Below are positions 10,051-21,184 of a stretch of 64,000 bases of DNA, piece after piece. The stretch is from an uncultured Gammaproteobacteria bacterium (GTDB taxonomy: Bacteria; Patescibacteriota; Microgenomatia; UBA10105; UBA927). The notes beneath the pieces were generated by a model. It ran no database searches, was not told where the DNA came from, and saw only the letters and a list, made by a program, of their open reading frames with translations. The DNA lies in contig CAZVTT010000001.1 of NCBI GenBank assembly GCA_964629685.1, forward strand, positions 81,877-145,876, written 5' to 3'. Every line of letters begins with the position of its first letter. Position 1 is the stretch's first letter. The position numbers and the translations under genes are program-made.

Positions 10051-11670
10051 TCATATTACCCCGAAGTGATCTGTAAACTCATCCAAATCTTCAGGAGTAT
10101 CCAGATCGCCTACCCACGAAACACCATCAAGTAGGATTAATTTTCCGAGTACGCCGGCTTTTGCCAAAGCATTTATAGCTTCCTGACTGTTACGGGTACC
10201 CGTTACCAACATTTTTCTGGTATCGCACGCAAAAACCAGCTTTTTTATATGCACTCTTCCATCTTCCTCAGCATCACGATCACATGACAGAATACGTCCA
10301 TCTATATCTAGCTTATAAGAATACTTAGACGTATCGGTAGGAATACCTACAACGACAAAAGGGTATCCTTCATCAACTAAGGCTGCTTTTATTCGCTCAC
10401 CGCATACTCTTAAGTTCTCTTCCGGTACATCTACTACTCTATCACCGGCTAAAGAGAGCAAAAACGTAGATTCAGGTAAAACCGTAAATAAATTGTTTAA
10501 GCTATCAGCAGGTCCGGTCATTCGGTCGTAAGCCGGCTCAATAAACGCAATGGGGATATCAGGCTGCGTTTCGGTTTTCCAACCGTCAAATTCAGCCTCA
10601 TGATCAGGTCGGCGCATCAACTGTATAGTCGGTTCAAAACCGTTTAGTTTTGTAAAAATCGTTAATGGCCGGATTGCCTTATCTAATACTGTATCTCCGT
10701 CCGGCAATCCCAACAATGATTTGGGACCATCACCTGTAATCGTCCGCAACCGCTCATTTTTTCCAGCAACCGCAATAGTAGTCTGTATTGTATTCGGATG
10801 ATGGTAAGGAGCATCTTCATGCCGTACAAGCGATCGTAAATTTGTATGCATTTGCTGTTGAAAAATTTCCGTTAAATGCTTCGGCAATTTTCTGCCACCG
10901 GTGGTCGGATTCAAATCTATAAAATACCATAACCCGGTTTCAGGATTCCGGATAAAATCAAAACCTCCCCAATATAATTTAAATTCATGCATTGCAAATT
11001 CACAAAATCTGGCTATCTGTGGAGGACACTCTTGCGGTTCAGTATCTCCTGCCCATGAAAGGTAATAAAACACATTTGGCGCTACACCGTACACCTTCAT
11101 CGTCTCCCCGTGAATCTGTTGTTGGAATACATAATCATCCTCTATCTGTCTGGCATGTGAAACGATAGTATCCCACACTTCACCTTGAGCAGGAATTTGA
11201 TACACGTTGTTACAAATAAGCCGCGTCTCACCAATCGTAATTCGCGGCTTCACAATACTCCCGCCCAACTGTTTATCCAATCTGGACACACCTTCTCTCA
11301 TCTTCCCGGATGTCTGCCAGGAAACGATTTTTTCTCTCGGAAGCATAATTGTAAGGGGCGTAGCTACATCATTTTGCCTGCACCAGTTATATAACTCCCA
11401 TTTATCCACTGCCCGCACCATCTGTTCGGGCGTAGGATACATTTCTACACCTGTGCGTGCGACTTCCTCAAATCGCACAGTTGAAGACATGGCAATTACA
11501 AAATCATTATCCGGATCAATTTCTGTGGGTGTATCACGATCCCGATACACATAGGGTATACCCGATGACCTCAAAGCTTCCGCAAACGCGCGGGATTTGG
11601 GAGATTCTCCTATCCGTTCACCGTATGCCAGTACTAATCTATTTGGTGTATCAAACCCCGTGTCAGACAT
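10051..11670 (-). CDS. ATP-grasp domain fused to NTP-transferase (MobA/LicC/IPCT-like) domain
   Basis: DKWEL...IVKP...FQQQI..MKVYGV...GFDFI..FIDLNP (ATP-grasp), then AVAGKNERLRTITGDGPKSLL and DLDTPEDL (NTP transferase). Confidence 0.65.
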   Translation of the reverse strand: MSDTGFDTPNRLVLAYGERIGESPKSRAFAEALRSSGIPYVYRDRDTPTEIDPDNDFVIAMSSTVRFEEVARTGVEMYPTPEQMVRAVDKWELYNWCRQNDVATPLTIMLPREKIVSWQTSGKMREGVSRLDKQLGGSIVKPRITIGETRLICNNVYQIPAQGEVWDTIVSHARQIEDDYVFQQQIHGETMKVYGVAPNVFYYLSWAGDTEPQECPPQIARFCEFAMHEFKLYWGGFDFIRNPETGLWYFIDLNPTTGGRKLPKHLTEIFQQQMHTNLRSLVRHEDAPYHHPNTIQTTIAVAGKNERLRTITGDGPKSLLGLPDGDTVLDKAIRPLTIFTKLNGFEPTIQLMRRPDHEAEFDGWKTETQPDIPIAFIEPAYDRMTGPADSLNNLFTVLPESTFLLSLAGDRVVDVPEENLRVCGERIKAALVDEGYPFVVVGIPTDTSKYSYKLDIDGRILSCDRDAEEDGRVHIKKLVFACDTRKMLVTGTRNSQEAINALAKAGVLGKLILLDGVSWVGDLDTPEDLDEFTDHFGVI

Positions 11671-11778
11671 AAATATCCATACCTATGCTACTAGAAATTT
11701 CTCTATAACGCACATTTTAACCTATAGTTTACTTTGTTTTGGTTTACTGGTACAATCGACACTCGCTCAAAAACGTAT

Positions 11779-12501
11779 ATGCCGAGAATTGAAGCACAAA
11801 CCAGCGAACGAATAATCAGTAGTGTCGGCGGTTCTATCATCCGGCCGGACAGGCTTAATCAGCCGGTAGTAGATACCTTCATGGAGTTTTGCAGGAATGT
11901 TTTACATCAAAACAAGGCCGGCATTTTTATTATCGGTGGTGGCGGACAAGCACGACACGTGATAGAGGATGCCAAAGCCATGGGCGTAACCGATCCGGAC
12001 GCACTAGATCGTTTAGGCATCCAGGTAACCTGGCAAAATGTATTTATGCTTCATGAAATTTTTACCGCTGGTAATATAGCAGTAGCTATCCGTACGGCAG
12101 ACCCGCAACCCCAGTCGGGCATAATTTATTTACAGGGAGGTGGTGCACCGGGTCATACCACAGACTATGAAGCTGTTAAAGCTGCAATTCAAACAGGAGA
12201 ACACTTAGTAGTCAATATTTCCAATACACCCGGATTACACCCAGCTTTAGCTGACGGTTCACTAAAAACCGATGAAATAATAAGTGAAATCAGTATCGAC
12301 AGATACCTCAATATGTTCACACCGGGACATGAACCTGGCAGAAATCTGCCGTTTGATACGAACGCAGCCCTGCTGGCCAGAGAACACGATATTACCATCG
12401 CGCTGTCAGGTGCCGACTTTTCCAACGTTTTCCATATTTTGAACGGAGAAAACTTTGAAGGTACACTGATAACTCCGGTGTCTCAAACGGTTCACCCCTG
12501 A
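11779..12501 (+). CDS. Second, divergent UMP kinase paralogue
   Basis: SSVGGS, IIGGGG, LDRLGI, PGHTTD, PGRNLPFD, NFEGTLI; collinear with pyrH at 5451-6152. Confidence 0.8.
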   Translation: MPRIEAQTSERIISSVGGSIIRPDRLNQPVVDTFMEFCRNVLHQNKAGIFIIGGGGQARHVIEDAKAMGVTDPDALDRLGIQVTWQNVFMLHEIFTAGNIAVAIRTADPQPQSGIIYLQGGGAPGHTTDYEAVKAAIQTGEHLVVNISNTPGLHPALADGSLKTDEIISEISIDRYLNMFTPGHEPGRNLPFDTNAALLAREHDITIALSGADFSNVFHILNGENFEGTLITPVSQTVHP

Positions 12502-13322
12502 CAAACCGGACAGACATACGTTCCCCGCCCCATAAACATTACTTTCCGTATCAATGCGCCACACCGCGCACATGGTTGTTTTGCCTGCCCGTACACCCGG
12601 AAATGGTCCTGTACCGTTCCTTTATGCCCAAAAGCATCCCGGAAATTATCCGATGATGCCCCCTGCCAACGGATAGCTGCGCTCATCACCGATTCCAGAC
12701 AATCAAATAATAACCCGGCTTGTTTCTGTGTTAACGAATTTGCTTTTCTCATAGGATGTAGCTTTGCACTCCACAATGCTTCATTCGCATAAATATTTCC
12801 TATGCCTGCCACCTTCTGTTGATCCAGGAGCAGTACTTTTATTGGACGGGTACTTCCTGTCACTATTTCCACAAATCGGGCTTTCGTTAAATTGCGGAAA
12901 AATTCCGGCCCCAACGTTTTTACGTAATTCAACTGCTCCACGGAATCGGTCGGAATTATCTGTACAAAACCGAAAGTACGTTGATCATGAAAATACAAAG
13001 ATGTACCGTCTGTGAATGTCACCACCACGTGCGTATGCTTATCGGTAGCATACTCTACATCCCATTCCTGCAAAACTGTTTTCTGTGCAACCACCACTCT
13101 GCCTGTCATTTTCAAATGAATAATAACGGAATAATTACCGGTTACATCAATAACGAGTAATTTACTGTATCTGCGTACCCGCAGCACCGTTTGAGAGAGA
13201 AGAAAATCCACATTTCCATGAAATGATTTTGCGCGACGGATATCTACGGAAGATACTGTTAACCCCGGTAATATACCGGCAAGTTGTGCACGCACCGTTT
13301 CAACCTCGGGAAGTTCTGGCAT
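12492..13322 (-). CDS. mutM: Formamidopyrimidine-DNA glycosylase
   Basis: MPELPEVE N-terminus, HLKMTG, GIGNIYANE, C-terminal zinc finger. Confidence 0.96.
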   Translation of the reverse strand: MPELPEVETVRAQLAGILPGLTVSSVDIRRAKSFHGNVDFLLSQTVLRVRRYSKLLVIDVTGNYSVIIHLKMTGRVVVAQKTVLQEWDVEYATDKHTHVVVTFTDGTSLYFHDQRTFGFVQIIPTDSVEQLNYVKTLGPEFFRNLTKARFVEIVTGSTRPIKVLLLDQQKVAGIGNIYANEALWSAKLHPMRKANSLTQKQAGLLFDCLESVMSAAIRWQGASSDNFRDAFGHKGTVQDHFRVYGQAKQPCARCGALIRKVMFMGRGTYVCPVCQG

Positions 13323-13335
13323 GGAGTGTACTATA

Positions 13336-15459
13336 TCATACGGACTCATCCGGTACGGTACGTCCTGCAAATTTTTCAGCTAAATCCGTAGAAACAATCC
13401 GATCATCAATCGTAACGGACTTGGTCCAGAGTGCAAACGCCTGCCGCATCACGGATTCCGACTCCGGCTTGAGACGCAGTAATCGGTCAATTTCATCCAC
13501 TTGTTCATCGGTCAAACGAAATACTTTAAATAAACGCGTTTCCGCTAATTTTCGCTCTAACGTGTCAAGTCGTTCCATTAACGGCACGGATCTTGGCCGT
13601 TTAATTTGACTGTCTGTCATGTCGCGTTTAACCGAAAGCACGTGTTCAGCAGATTTTATCGTCGCATCTTCCCGGCGGATTAATGTCCCGCGTTTGCGGT
13701 ATACCATTCCCCGTACGCCTTCTTCAAACACTAACACATTTTCCAGTTGTCCCGCTTCATTTACCAAACGGGCAAGATCCATTTCCGTGAGAATCATTGC
13801 CTGATCCTGCAGTGTTTCCAGAACATAAGGAATAACCGGCGCAACATCGTTTAACCTCCGCACTACATCGGCATCATCCCGTCGGATAAACATATCGTCG
13901 TTCACAACGTCGGCAGTCTTTCCGTACGCGATACACGTTTGAACCAATGCTTCCGTCGGTTCGCGCTGCGGACTACGAAAATGCCGTACAGTCAGCACGT
14001 TCATCATCATCTTCATCCGCTTTACATCTCCGGCTTGTGTGGGTATTGGCAAAATTTCCGCAGGAGAACCGTCAAGATCATCAAAAACTACCTCTTCAAG
14101 TAATAAATTATTTCCGACCGTTATTTCTTCCGCAGCTATAAAAACAGACTCAGGATTTATTCCCAATTCCCTACACCATTGCCCGATCACTTCAGCAGAT
14201 ATGTTCTGTGACAACGCGTAAGATAAAAGATTCAGTCTGTCTTCAAACGAGCCCAACGGCAAATCCTCATTTCGCTTAAGATGTCTGAATCCGCCGGGAA
14301 GATGCTTCGGAACAATATCCGACGCGTTGGCGGTCATGCCCGAGTCCTGATCGGCATCCACTACTCCACCACGATCCAGGTGCGGATACTTTTCTTTTTG
14401 CTCAGCGGTAAACTTCCGTTTATCTTTCATAAGAAACCCCCCGAGACAGACATCCGATTCACTGGCCATGCTGGCAACCATCGTTGCTAAAAAATCCTTG
14501 TTTATCTGATGTTTTGCAAGAATTTCCGGTAATCCTTCTGCCTCCGTTTCCAACAGATGGGAAATAGAATCTGCCAGTACTTCATCTTCACTAAACGTCA
14601 CGCCCACGGTGGCATCTCCCCGCTTTCGTGTTTTCATAAACACATCTCCCCATCCGGGTGTCATCACATCATGTAAATACGCTGCCATAACCAAATATTT
14701 ACCGTACTCCGTTGCCTGAAGTAATGCTTCCGTTTCCGTAGCATCAAAATATACTCCTCCGTTAGCAATAGATCTGGCTACCGCCGTTTTCGTGGACTCG
14801 GAGGGAACCAATACAAACGGATCGCTGACACGGCCGGCCATTTCCGAATACCGCTGCATATCAGTGTCAACTCGACGCAAATAAAGCGCAGGTCTCTGCA
14901 GGGCCATCCGGATATTGGTTTGTACCACCATCCGTGCCAAGTGCTGGCTATGATCTGCCCGCGTCAGTCTGTCATCCTGTAACCGCACGTCCGTCTGCCC
15001 AATACCAGCTAACCGTTTCATACCGGGAGTAGCATTTAACATTACCGTAAGCGCCTCTGGGTCACCGGTAAAACCCACATGCAATTCCACATTATCGTCA
15101 CTGCCTCTTTCCGCTGCCTTGCGGGGAGAACGGATACCATACACGCGCTCGGCAATTTCCCGACGTACTAATCGTTGTTCACGGGATAATGAAGTAAGTT
15201 CCGTATGCGCGAACGCATCGGGGTTCACCGGTTTTACCGGCGTATCAGGCGGAAACAACACATCCTGCAGCAATCGGTCATATTCATTCATACTGGTGGT
15301 ATCTACGATTACCCGTAGACGCTCTTCCAGAGACAAATCTGCTAAATCATGATGCTCTCCCGTCCTGGGATGTATCCAAGATTTTGGGGCATGTTCCGGA
15401 GCTGGTGTTAAACCACTATCGTGTTCGGCATGCAGCAGAACTTCAGGAGAATCGGGCAT
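13336..15459 (-). CDS. Divergent HD-domain phosphohydrolase (SAMHD1/dNTPase-like)
   Basis: RLAGIGQ, TRADHS, AAYLHDV, VDADQ motifs in the order of the RL..I.QLG / R.EHS / LLHD / DADR signature. Confidence 0.55.
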   Translation of the reverse strand: MPDSPEVLLHAEHDSGLTPAPEHAPKSWIHPRTGEHHDLADLSLEERLRVIVDTTSMNEYDRLLQDVLFPPDTPVKPVNPDAFAHTELTSLSREQRLVRREIAERVYGIRSPRKAAERGSDDNVELHVGFTGDPEALTVMLNATPGMKRLAGIGQTDVRLQDDRLTRADHSQHLARMVVQTNIRMALQRPALYLRRVDTDMQRYSEMAGRVSDPFVLVPSESTKTAVARSIANGGVYFDATETEALLQATEYGKYLVMAAYLHDVMTPGWGDVFMKTRKRGDATVGVTFSEDEVLADSISHLLETEAEGLPEILAKHQINKDFLATMVASMASESDVCLGGFLMKDKRKFTAEQKEKYPHLDRGGVVDADQDSGMTANASDIVPKHLPGGFRHLKRNEDLPLGSFEDRLNLLSYALSQNISAEVIGQWCRELGINPESVFIAAEEITVGNNLLLEEVVFDDLDGSPAEILPIPTQAGDVKRMKMMMNVLTVRHFRSPQREPTEALVQTCIAYGKTADVVNDDMFIRRDDADVVRRLNDVAPVIPYVLETLQDQAMILTEMDLARLVNEAGQLENVLVFEEGVRGMVYRKRGTLIRREDATIKSAEHVLSVKRDMTDSQIKRPRSVPLMERLDTLERKLAETRLFKVFRLTDEQVDEIDRLLRLKPESESVMRQAFALWTKSVTIDDRIVSTDLAEKFAGRTVPDESV

Positions 15460-15510
15460 AACTCTATCTTACGATATCTTACGGGTAGTACCAATGTTAT
15501 ACCGATCTGG

Positions 15511-16626
15511 TTACAGCATTTTACGCCGGGAAGCATACTTTTCCTCTACAAACGTCCGGATTGCATGTTTAAACTCTGCAGTACCGAACTGTTCCGCCTG
15601 ACGCGTACAAGCCGCGCTCCAATCTGTCTTTGTGCGTTCAAACGTAAACATTGCCGCCGCGAGTGCCGCCGCTGTCGGAGAAGTAAACCACACTCCCGTT
15701 TTTCCGTCGATAACCGTTTCTTTTACTCCACCCTGAGCCAGGGCTATAACCGGAACTCCGTAGGCCATAGACTCAACGGGCACCATACCGAAGTCTTCAT
15801 CAAGAGCACAAAACAACAACGCTTTTGCTCCTGCGTATAACTCGGACAACTGCGCATCCGTAACTGCTCCGCAAAACTCTATCGTGGGTCCGGCTATTGC
15901 CCGCAAAGCAGCCTCTTCTTTTCCCGTTCCGACTATTTTTAATGGCTGCTTCCGTTCATTACAGGCAATAATTGCCAAATGTATCTGCTTTGAATACGTC
16001 AACCTTCCCACAGACAGATAGTATTCCCCTTTTATCTTATTCTGCACACGCTTCGGTAAATGTACGGGTGGATAAATCACCGTACTGTCCCGTCTGTAAA
16101 ATTTTTCAACCCGTCGTGCCGTTTCCTGAGAATTAGCCACAAAATAATCAACTTTTTGTGCGGTTCGGAAATCGTATTTCCGCAGATAAAAATTAATGAG
16201 ATGGGCATACGCGCGAACGATTCCGTATTTCTGCAGGGAGCTTCCGGTAGCGTACCCATATAAATTTCGCGGCGGGTGATGGATGTAACAAATATGCAAT
16301 TGTGGTGGCTCGGTTATAACGCCTCTGCAGATATACCATCCACTGGAAGATAACACCACGTCATAACCCGACATATCAAATGATTCCCAAACCTGAGGAG
16401 CCAAAAAACGCAATGGCGAATGTAACCGTTTCACCAGTGGATTATGTTGCACCCAACTGGTACGGATATCCCAACCGTTAAACCTGGCGGCATGAGCACC
16501 CAAAGCATCCCAGTCGACAAATGAAGTATATAACGGTGCAGTAGGCCAAATTTCATGCATCACTTCTACTACTCTTTCGGCACCACCAAACTCACGAAGA
16601 TAATCATGCACCAATGCCAATTTCAT
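15511..16626 (-). CDS. GT4 glycosyltransferase
   Basis: ALVHDYL..FGGAER, EDFGMVPVESMAYGVPV. Confidence 0.9.
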   Translation of the reverse strand: MKLALVHDYLREFGGAERVVEVMHEIWPTAPLYTSFVDWDALGAHAARFNGWDIRTSWVQHNPLVKRLHSPLRFLAPQVWESFDMSGYDVVLSSSGWYICRGVITEPPQLHICYIHHPPRNLYGYATGSSLQKYGIVRAYAHLINFYLRKYDFRTAQKVDYFVANSQETARRVEKFYRRDSTVIYPPVHLPKRVQNKIKGEYYLSVGRLTYSKQIHLAIIACNERKQPLKIVGTGKEEAALRAIAGPTIEFCGAVTDAQLSELYAGAKALLFCALDEDFGMVPVESMAYGVPVIALAQGGVKETVIDGKTGVWFTSPTAAALAAAMFTFERTKTDWSAACTRQAEQFGTAEFKHAIRTFVEEKYASRRKML

Positions 16627-17594
16627 ACGAGAGATAACTGCGTGTTCCCGGAATCATCTGATTCCTTTTTCTGATTTCTTTTCTTTTCCCCTGCTGCTTT
16701 CGGGACATCATTAGCATAGGACAATTGCACCCGCTTAAGCAAAGAATGAAATTGCAGTTTTGAAAGCATATCTACACCGTCAGGAGTTGCCAATGTGGTA
16801 AATACGAGCCTGTGCCAATCTATATCAATAGGAACATCTTTTTTAATAGTCGCAAGTGTCTTAGATAAAAAAGCTGATTCTTTTCCCTGTGTAAGTTTTG
16901 TCTTAATCGATTCTTTCAGATCGGTATTGCCGGACATAAGCGCGGCATATATTCCTTCTACCGTTTCGTACTTATGAACTAAATCTACCGCTGTTTTTGG
17001 ACCAACACCCGGAACACCCGGGTAATTATCGGAAGCATCCCCTGCCAAAGCTTTATAATCTATGAGCTGTTTCGGAGTTACGCCTAAACGCTCAACCACT
17101 GCTTTTGAATCGTATAATTTAGCTTCTGATAAGCCTTTTACCGGCATAAATACCAATATCCGTTCATCATCCACCAGTTGCAAAATATCCCTATCACCGG
17201 TCACAATAACAACTTGTTCTATACCATGCGTGGCTGCCTGTGTCGAAATGGTTCCTAAAATATCATCGGCTTCATATCCATCCAGTTCATATACCGAAAC
17301 GGAAAATGCTTTTGCCATGTCATGAACAATGGAAATCTGAATAGATAAATCTGCCTCCATCTCCGGCCGCGTTCCCTGATATTCACCATATAACTGCTTT
17401 CGAAATGTCGGTGCCGGTCTATCAAACGCGACCGCAATATGAGAAGGCCGTAAATCATGCAACAACTTTACCAACATACTGGCAAATCCGTATACGGCAT
17501 TTACGGGAGTACCATCAGGAGCTCTCATCGGGGGTATCGCGTGATATGCGCGATGCAGAATCGCATTTCCGTCTATCAGTACAAGCCTGTTCAT
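16623..17594 (-). CDS. Standalone 5'-3' exonuclease (PolA N-terminal domain)
   Basis: LIDGNAILHRAYHA, YEADD, TGDRD, GDASDNYPGVPGVGPKTA; no polymerase domain. Confidence 0.92.
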   Translation of the reverse strand: MNRLVLIDGNAILHRAYHAIPPMRAPDGTPVNAVYGFASMLVKLLHDLRPSHIAVAFDRPAPTFRKQLYGEYQGTRPEMEADLSIQISIVHDMAKAFSVSVYELDGYEADDILGTISTQAATHGIEQVVIVTGDRDILQLVDDERILVFMPVKGLSEAKLYDSKAVVERLGVTPKQLIDYKALAGDASDNYPGVPGVGPKTAVDLVHKYETVEGIYAALMSGNTDLKESIKTKLTQGKESAFLSKTLATIKKDVPIDIDWHRLVFTTLATPDGVDMLSKLQFHSLLKRVQLSYANDVPKAAGEKKRNQKKESDDSGNTQLSLV

Positions 17595-17601
17595 GAAGGT
17601 T

Positions 17602-19497
17602 TTACGCCGTGTGAATGGGTTCTCTATGCCCACCCATGAGTACTTCAAATTCTTCGCTTTCGATTGTCTCTTTTTTCACCAGTTCTGCTGCTATTAAATC
17701 AAGTTTATCTTTATGTTTCTTCAATAAACTCAGGGCTTTTTTGTACCCTTCTTCCACAAATCGTTTTACTTCGCGGTCTATAGCCCCCTGCATCTCGGGA
17801 GAGACCTGATTCTGTTCCATATAACTTTTTCCCCACTCCGTCATATCCATTTGCGGACCAAAATTCACCGGACCCAATTCACTCATACCGAATTCCATAA
17901 CCATGTACCGTGCTACCCGTGTTGCCTGGTCAATATCATTAGACGCACCGCTGGTAAATTCATTAAAAATCAACTCTTCCGCTGCACGGCCTCCCATCAT
18001 GACGGCAATTTGCTCTATAAGATGCGATTTCGTTTCATGCAGCCTGTCTTTTTCCGGAGGAGTTAAGGTATACCCTAATGCCATACCCCTGGATACAATA
18101 CTGATTCTGTGCACGGAATCCATATGCGGAGACATATACGTTACTACCGCATGACCGGCTTCGTGATATGCAGTCATTTTCCGATCCAAATCCGTTTGCA
18201 GTCGTTTCTTTTCCGGTCCTAATTTTACTTTCGTAGCGGCTTCTTCCAAATCTTTCATGTCTATTTCCGTCTTGTTCCCTCTGGCAGCCAGAATGGCCGA
18301 TTCGTTCAACATGTTTTCCAAATCAGCACCGCTAAATCCGACTGTCCGTTTGGCAACTTTGTCCCAATCTACTGTTGCAGCATACGGCTTTCCTCTCGCA
18401 TGTATTTTTAGTATCGCTTTACGGCCTTCCATATCCGGCAAATCCAAAACGACTCTCCTGTCGAAGCGTCCTGGCCGCATTAAAGCCGAATCCAGTAAAT
18501 CTCCCCTGTTGGTCGCTGCTACCACCATAACAGCGGTATTCGGTTCAAAACCATCCATCTCTACCAATATCTGATTTAATGTCTGTTCCCGTTCATCGTG
18601 ACCACCCATGATTCCGACACTGCGCATTCTGCCGATGGCATCTATTTCATCAATAAAAATTATGGCTGGAGCATTTTTCTTCGCATTTGCGAATAGATCC
18701 CGTACCCGTGCGGCACCTACTCCTACCAGCATTTCCATAAACTCAGATCCGGCAATACTGTAAAACGGCACTTTCGCTTCTCCGGCCATGGCTTTTGCCA
18801 GCAACGTTTTTCCTGTACCGCTGGGACCGACCAGAATAACGCCTTTGGGAGTACGTGCTCCAAGGGCTTTATATTTTGTCGGATTCTTGAGGAAATCTAC
18901 AATTTCTTCCAGTTCTTTTTTCGCTTCATCCACACCGGCGACATCCGAAAATGTCGTTCTGGGAAGATCCTTATTCCATACCCTAGCTTTACTTTGCCCG
19001 AAAGAAAATAAATTATCTTGCGCTCCACGTGCCTGTCGGAACAGAAAAAGAAAAAATACCACCGTAAGAACCAAAGGTAAAACATTGGTAATAATACCGA
19101 CCCACAATTGTCCGACGCTCAAATCCTTAATGGAAATTTCCACCGATTTGGGATCAACGCCGGCACTTTCGAGTGTTTTATAAAAAGAATCCTGAGGTTC
19201 TTTCCGGGCGGTAATAGTCGAACCGTCTTTATAATGTGCGGTTAACTTATTATCTTCCACGTCTATCTTCTGAATTTTCCCGTCTTTAATATCGGAAACG
19301 ACGGTACTCACGGGCTTTTCATCCTGCATTCCGGTCTGCCCGCTTAGGCTACCTACAAACGAAATAAACAGGAAAAATAAAAAGAGCACGATAAAAACAT
19401 TTTTCAAATTTAAATTAAACTTGAACTCGAACATTTTCCCGTTTTTCTTCCCGGGTCCGTTATTTTTCTTCGTACGATTGGGAGTTTTTTCCATCAT
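17602..19497 (-). CDS. ftsH: ATP-dependent zinc metalloprotease FtsH
   Basis: Two TM segments, [23 protein letters not shown]. Confidence 0.97.
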   Translation of the reverse strand: MMEKTPNRTKKNNGPGKKNGKMFEFKFNLNLKNVFIVLFLFFLFISFVGSLSGQTGMQDEKPVSTVVSDIKDGKIQKIDVEDNKLTAHYKDGSTITARKEPQDSFYKTLESAGVDPKSVEISIKDLSVGQLWVGIITNVLPLVLTVVFFLFLFRQARGAQDNLFSFGQSKARVWNKDLPRTTFSDVAGVDEAKKELEEIVDFLKNPTKYKALGARTPKGVILVGPSGTGKTLLAKAMAGEAKVPFYSIAGSEFMEMLVGVGAARVRDLFANAKKNAPAIIFIDEIDAIGRMRSVGIMGGHDEREQTLNQILVEMDGFEPNTAVMVVAATNRGDLLDSALMRPGRFDRRVVLDLPDMEGRKAILKIHARGKPYAATVDWDKVAKRTVGFSGADLENMLNESAILAARGNKTEIDMKDLEEAATKVKLGPEKKRLQTDLDRKMTAYHEAGHAVVTYMSPHMDSVHRISIVSRGMALGYTLTPPEKDRLHETKSHLIEQIAVMMGGRAAEELIFNEFTSGASNDIDQATRVARYMVMEFGMSELGPVNFGPQMDMTEWGKSYMEQNQVSPEMQGAIDREVKRFVEEGYKKALSLLKKHKDKLDLIAAELVKKETIESEEFEVLMGGHREPIHTA

Positions 19498-19575
19498 TCC
19501 AAGTGCGAGGATGAATACATCACACGCGTAGGCCAAAATTATACCACATGGGCAAATAATAGCATAGCGCACTCG

Positions 19576-21183
19576 TTAATCCACAATTTGAACCACGGTT
19601 ATATTGTTCTCCGAGTAAACTACTTTAAAAAACGGAAAATCCATATACTTCGTTTGATCAAACGCAATCGAATCCGCGCCGAAGACTACATATGAAACAT
19701 GATACCGGCTTAACAAAGCACGTACATCAACCTCAGGCATCGTACCGTAAAAAAACGTAATTATCTCTGTTCTCTTTAACCCGTAATCCGGATTAGTTCC
19801 TTCATGACCAATTAAAACTTTATTGTCGGTAAAACCCGGAATCATGACACTGAGCATCTCTCCTGCCATTACAATACTATTTTTTGGAGTAGACGCTAAA
19901 AATGCCAATACTTTTTTGGATGCATCAAGCGTGTAGTAATTATAAAAGAAAGAATTTTCCGGATTTGAAATATCTTTGCCGGTAAAATACCCCGGTACCA
20001 CCGCATAGGCAAAAGTACAAACGAATACTCCCGCAGTCATAACGTATTGCCACCGGCTTCTTTCCAAAATACTTTCCAGACTCATGGCAGCGAGTAATGC
20101 GAATGGTATCTGCAGGAAAAGCTGCGACAATCGGACAGTACTTGTCGGTAATCTCAGATAGCCCAACACGTGTATAAAAAGTGGAATACATCCCCAAAGC
20201 ACGACAAACCGACGAATTGCGCATGAATACGTCCTTTTCATGAAAAATGCCGGGATCGCCAGTATTAAAACCGGACCTATGGCTGCAAATAAATACCATA
20301 TCGGATCTGCGGGTTGAGTCCAGATAAATGTTCCGTGTAAAGCCTGATACGATTTCCATTGATAGAGCAAAAGATGTCGGTAATACAGTGCAACAAGCAC
20401 GATGGGTACAACAATCGCACCAGTTCGGAACAACAATGGTATATGCAGCTTTCGGGTACGTACCAGTTCCCAAATAAGAAATATGCCGATTAATATCGTC
20501 GTGTATCCTGCTATATACGGATGAACAAATCCGAATACAATTCCCAGCATAATTCCAATACCATACCAGTACCATTTTTTTTGGTTGGATAGCAGGTAAT
20601 AGAAACTGACTATTACCAGTAAAACGGCTAAATAATGATGCGGAGGGATGGCAGTATACTTCAGTAGAATATTAAAAAAATTAGAATACGTCGTCGGCTC
20701 CCAATACTCCCACGACCATTCCCCTTTTCGTATCCACCAGAAACTAGTGGCAGTACTAAATAAACCGATAGCCAACAGTTTACTCCGTGTCCGGACAAAA
20801 AAATGCTCAGTCAACAGGATAACCCCACCCAAAAGTATTCCAAGCGACACCACTCTGGCTATTGCATATGCTTTAAAGGGAGACGTAGTAAACGGTTTGC
20901 TGAATAGGCCTATTACCGGGTAATGAGGTTCAAGAATATACGGAGAAACATCATCGTATCGGAATGCATCTTCATACAACAGTTTTCCCTGTTGTCCACT
21001 GCGGACTAAATATATGTATTGAAAGTAATCCTTCAAAAAGTACTGCGGATAACCATACATGGTACTTCCTGGCCATGTCCGTTCTCCGATACTTATCGTA
21101 CCGAACAGGATAACGAAAATAAAACAAATAAATCCAAGACACCCGAACAAATACACGCGCACGGAATGCGGCACGGTAGTCAT
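19576..21183 (-). CDS. Polytopic membrane protein, probable GT-C fold glycosyltransferase
   Basis: More than 10 hydrophobic segments, Asp-containing first loop, soluble C-domain; adjacent to a GT39-like gene. Confidence 0.55.
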   Translation of the reverse strand: MTTVPHSVRVYLFGCLGFICFIFVILFGTISIGERTWPGSTMYGYPQYFLKDYFQYIYLVRSGQQGKLLYEDAFRYDDVSPYILEPHYPVIGLFSKPFTTSPFKAYAIARVVSLGILLGGVILLTEHFFVRTRSKLLAIGLFSTATSFWWIRKGEWSWEYWEPTTYSNFFNILLKYTAIPPHHYLAVLLVIVSFYYLLSNQKKWYWYGIGIMLGIVFGFVHPYIAGYTTILIGIFLIWELVRTRKLHIPLLFRTGAIVVPIVLVALYYRHLLLYQWKSYQALHGTFIWTQPADPIWYLFAAIGPVLILAIPAFFMKRTYSCAIRRFVVLWGCIPLFIHVLGYLRLPTSTVRLSQLFLQIPFALLAAMSLESILERSRWQYVMTAGVFVCTFAYAVVPGYFTGKDISNPENSFFYNYYTLDASKKVLAFLASTPKNSIVMAGEMLSVMIPGFTDNKVLIGHEGTNPDYGLKRTEIITFFYGTMPEVDVRALLSRYHVSYVVFGADSIAFDQTKYMDFPFFKVVYSENNITVVQIVD

Positions 21184-21184
21184 G

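Noticed and set aside
12492-12494. Alternative genetic code (UGA=Gly, code 25)
   Set aside because: mutM ends in TGA right after its conserved zinc finger, and conserved genes are uninterrupted in code 11
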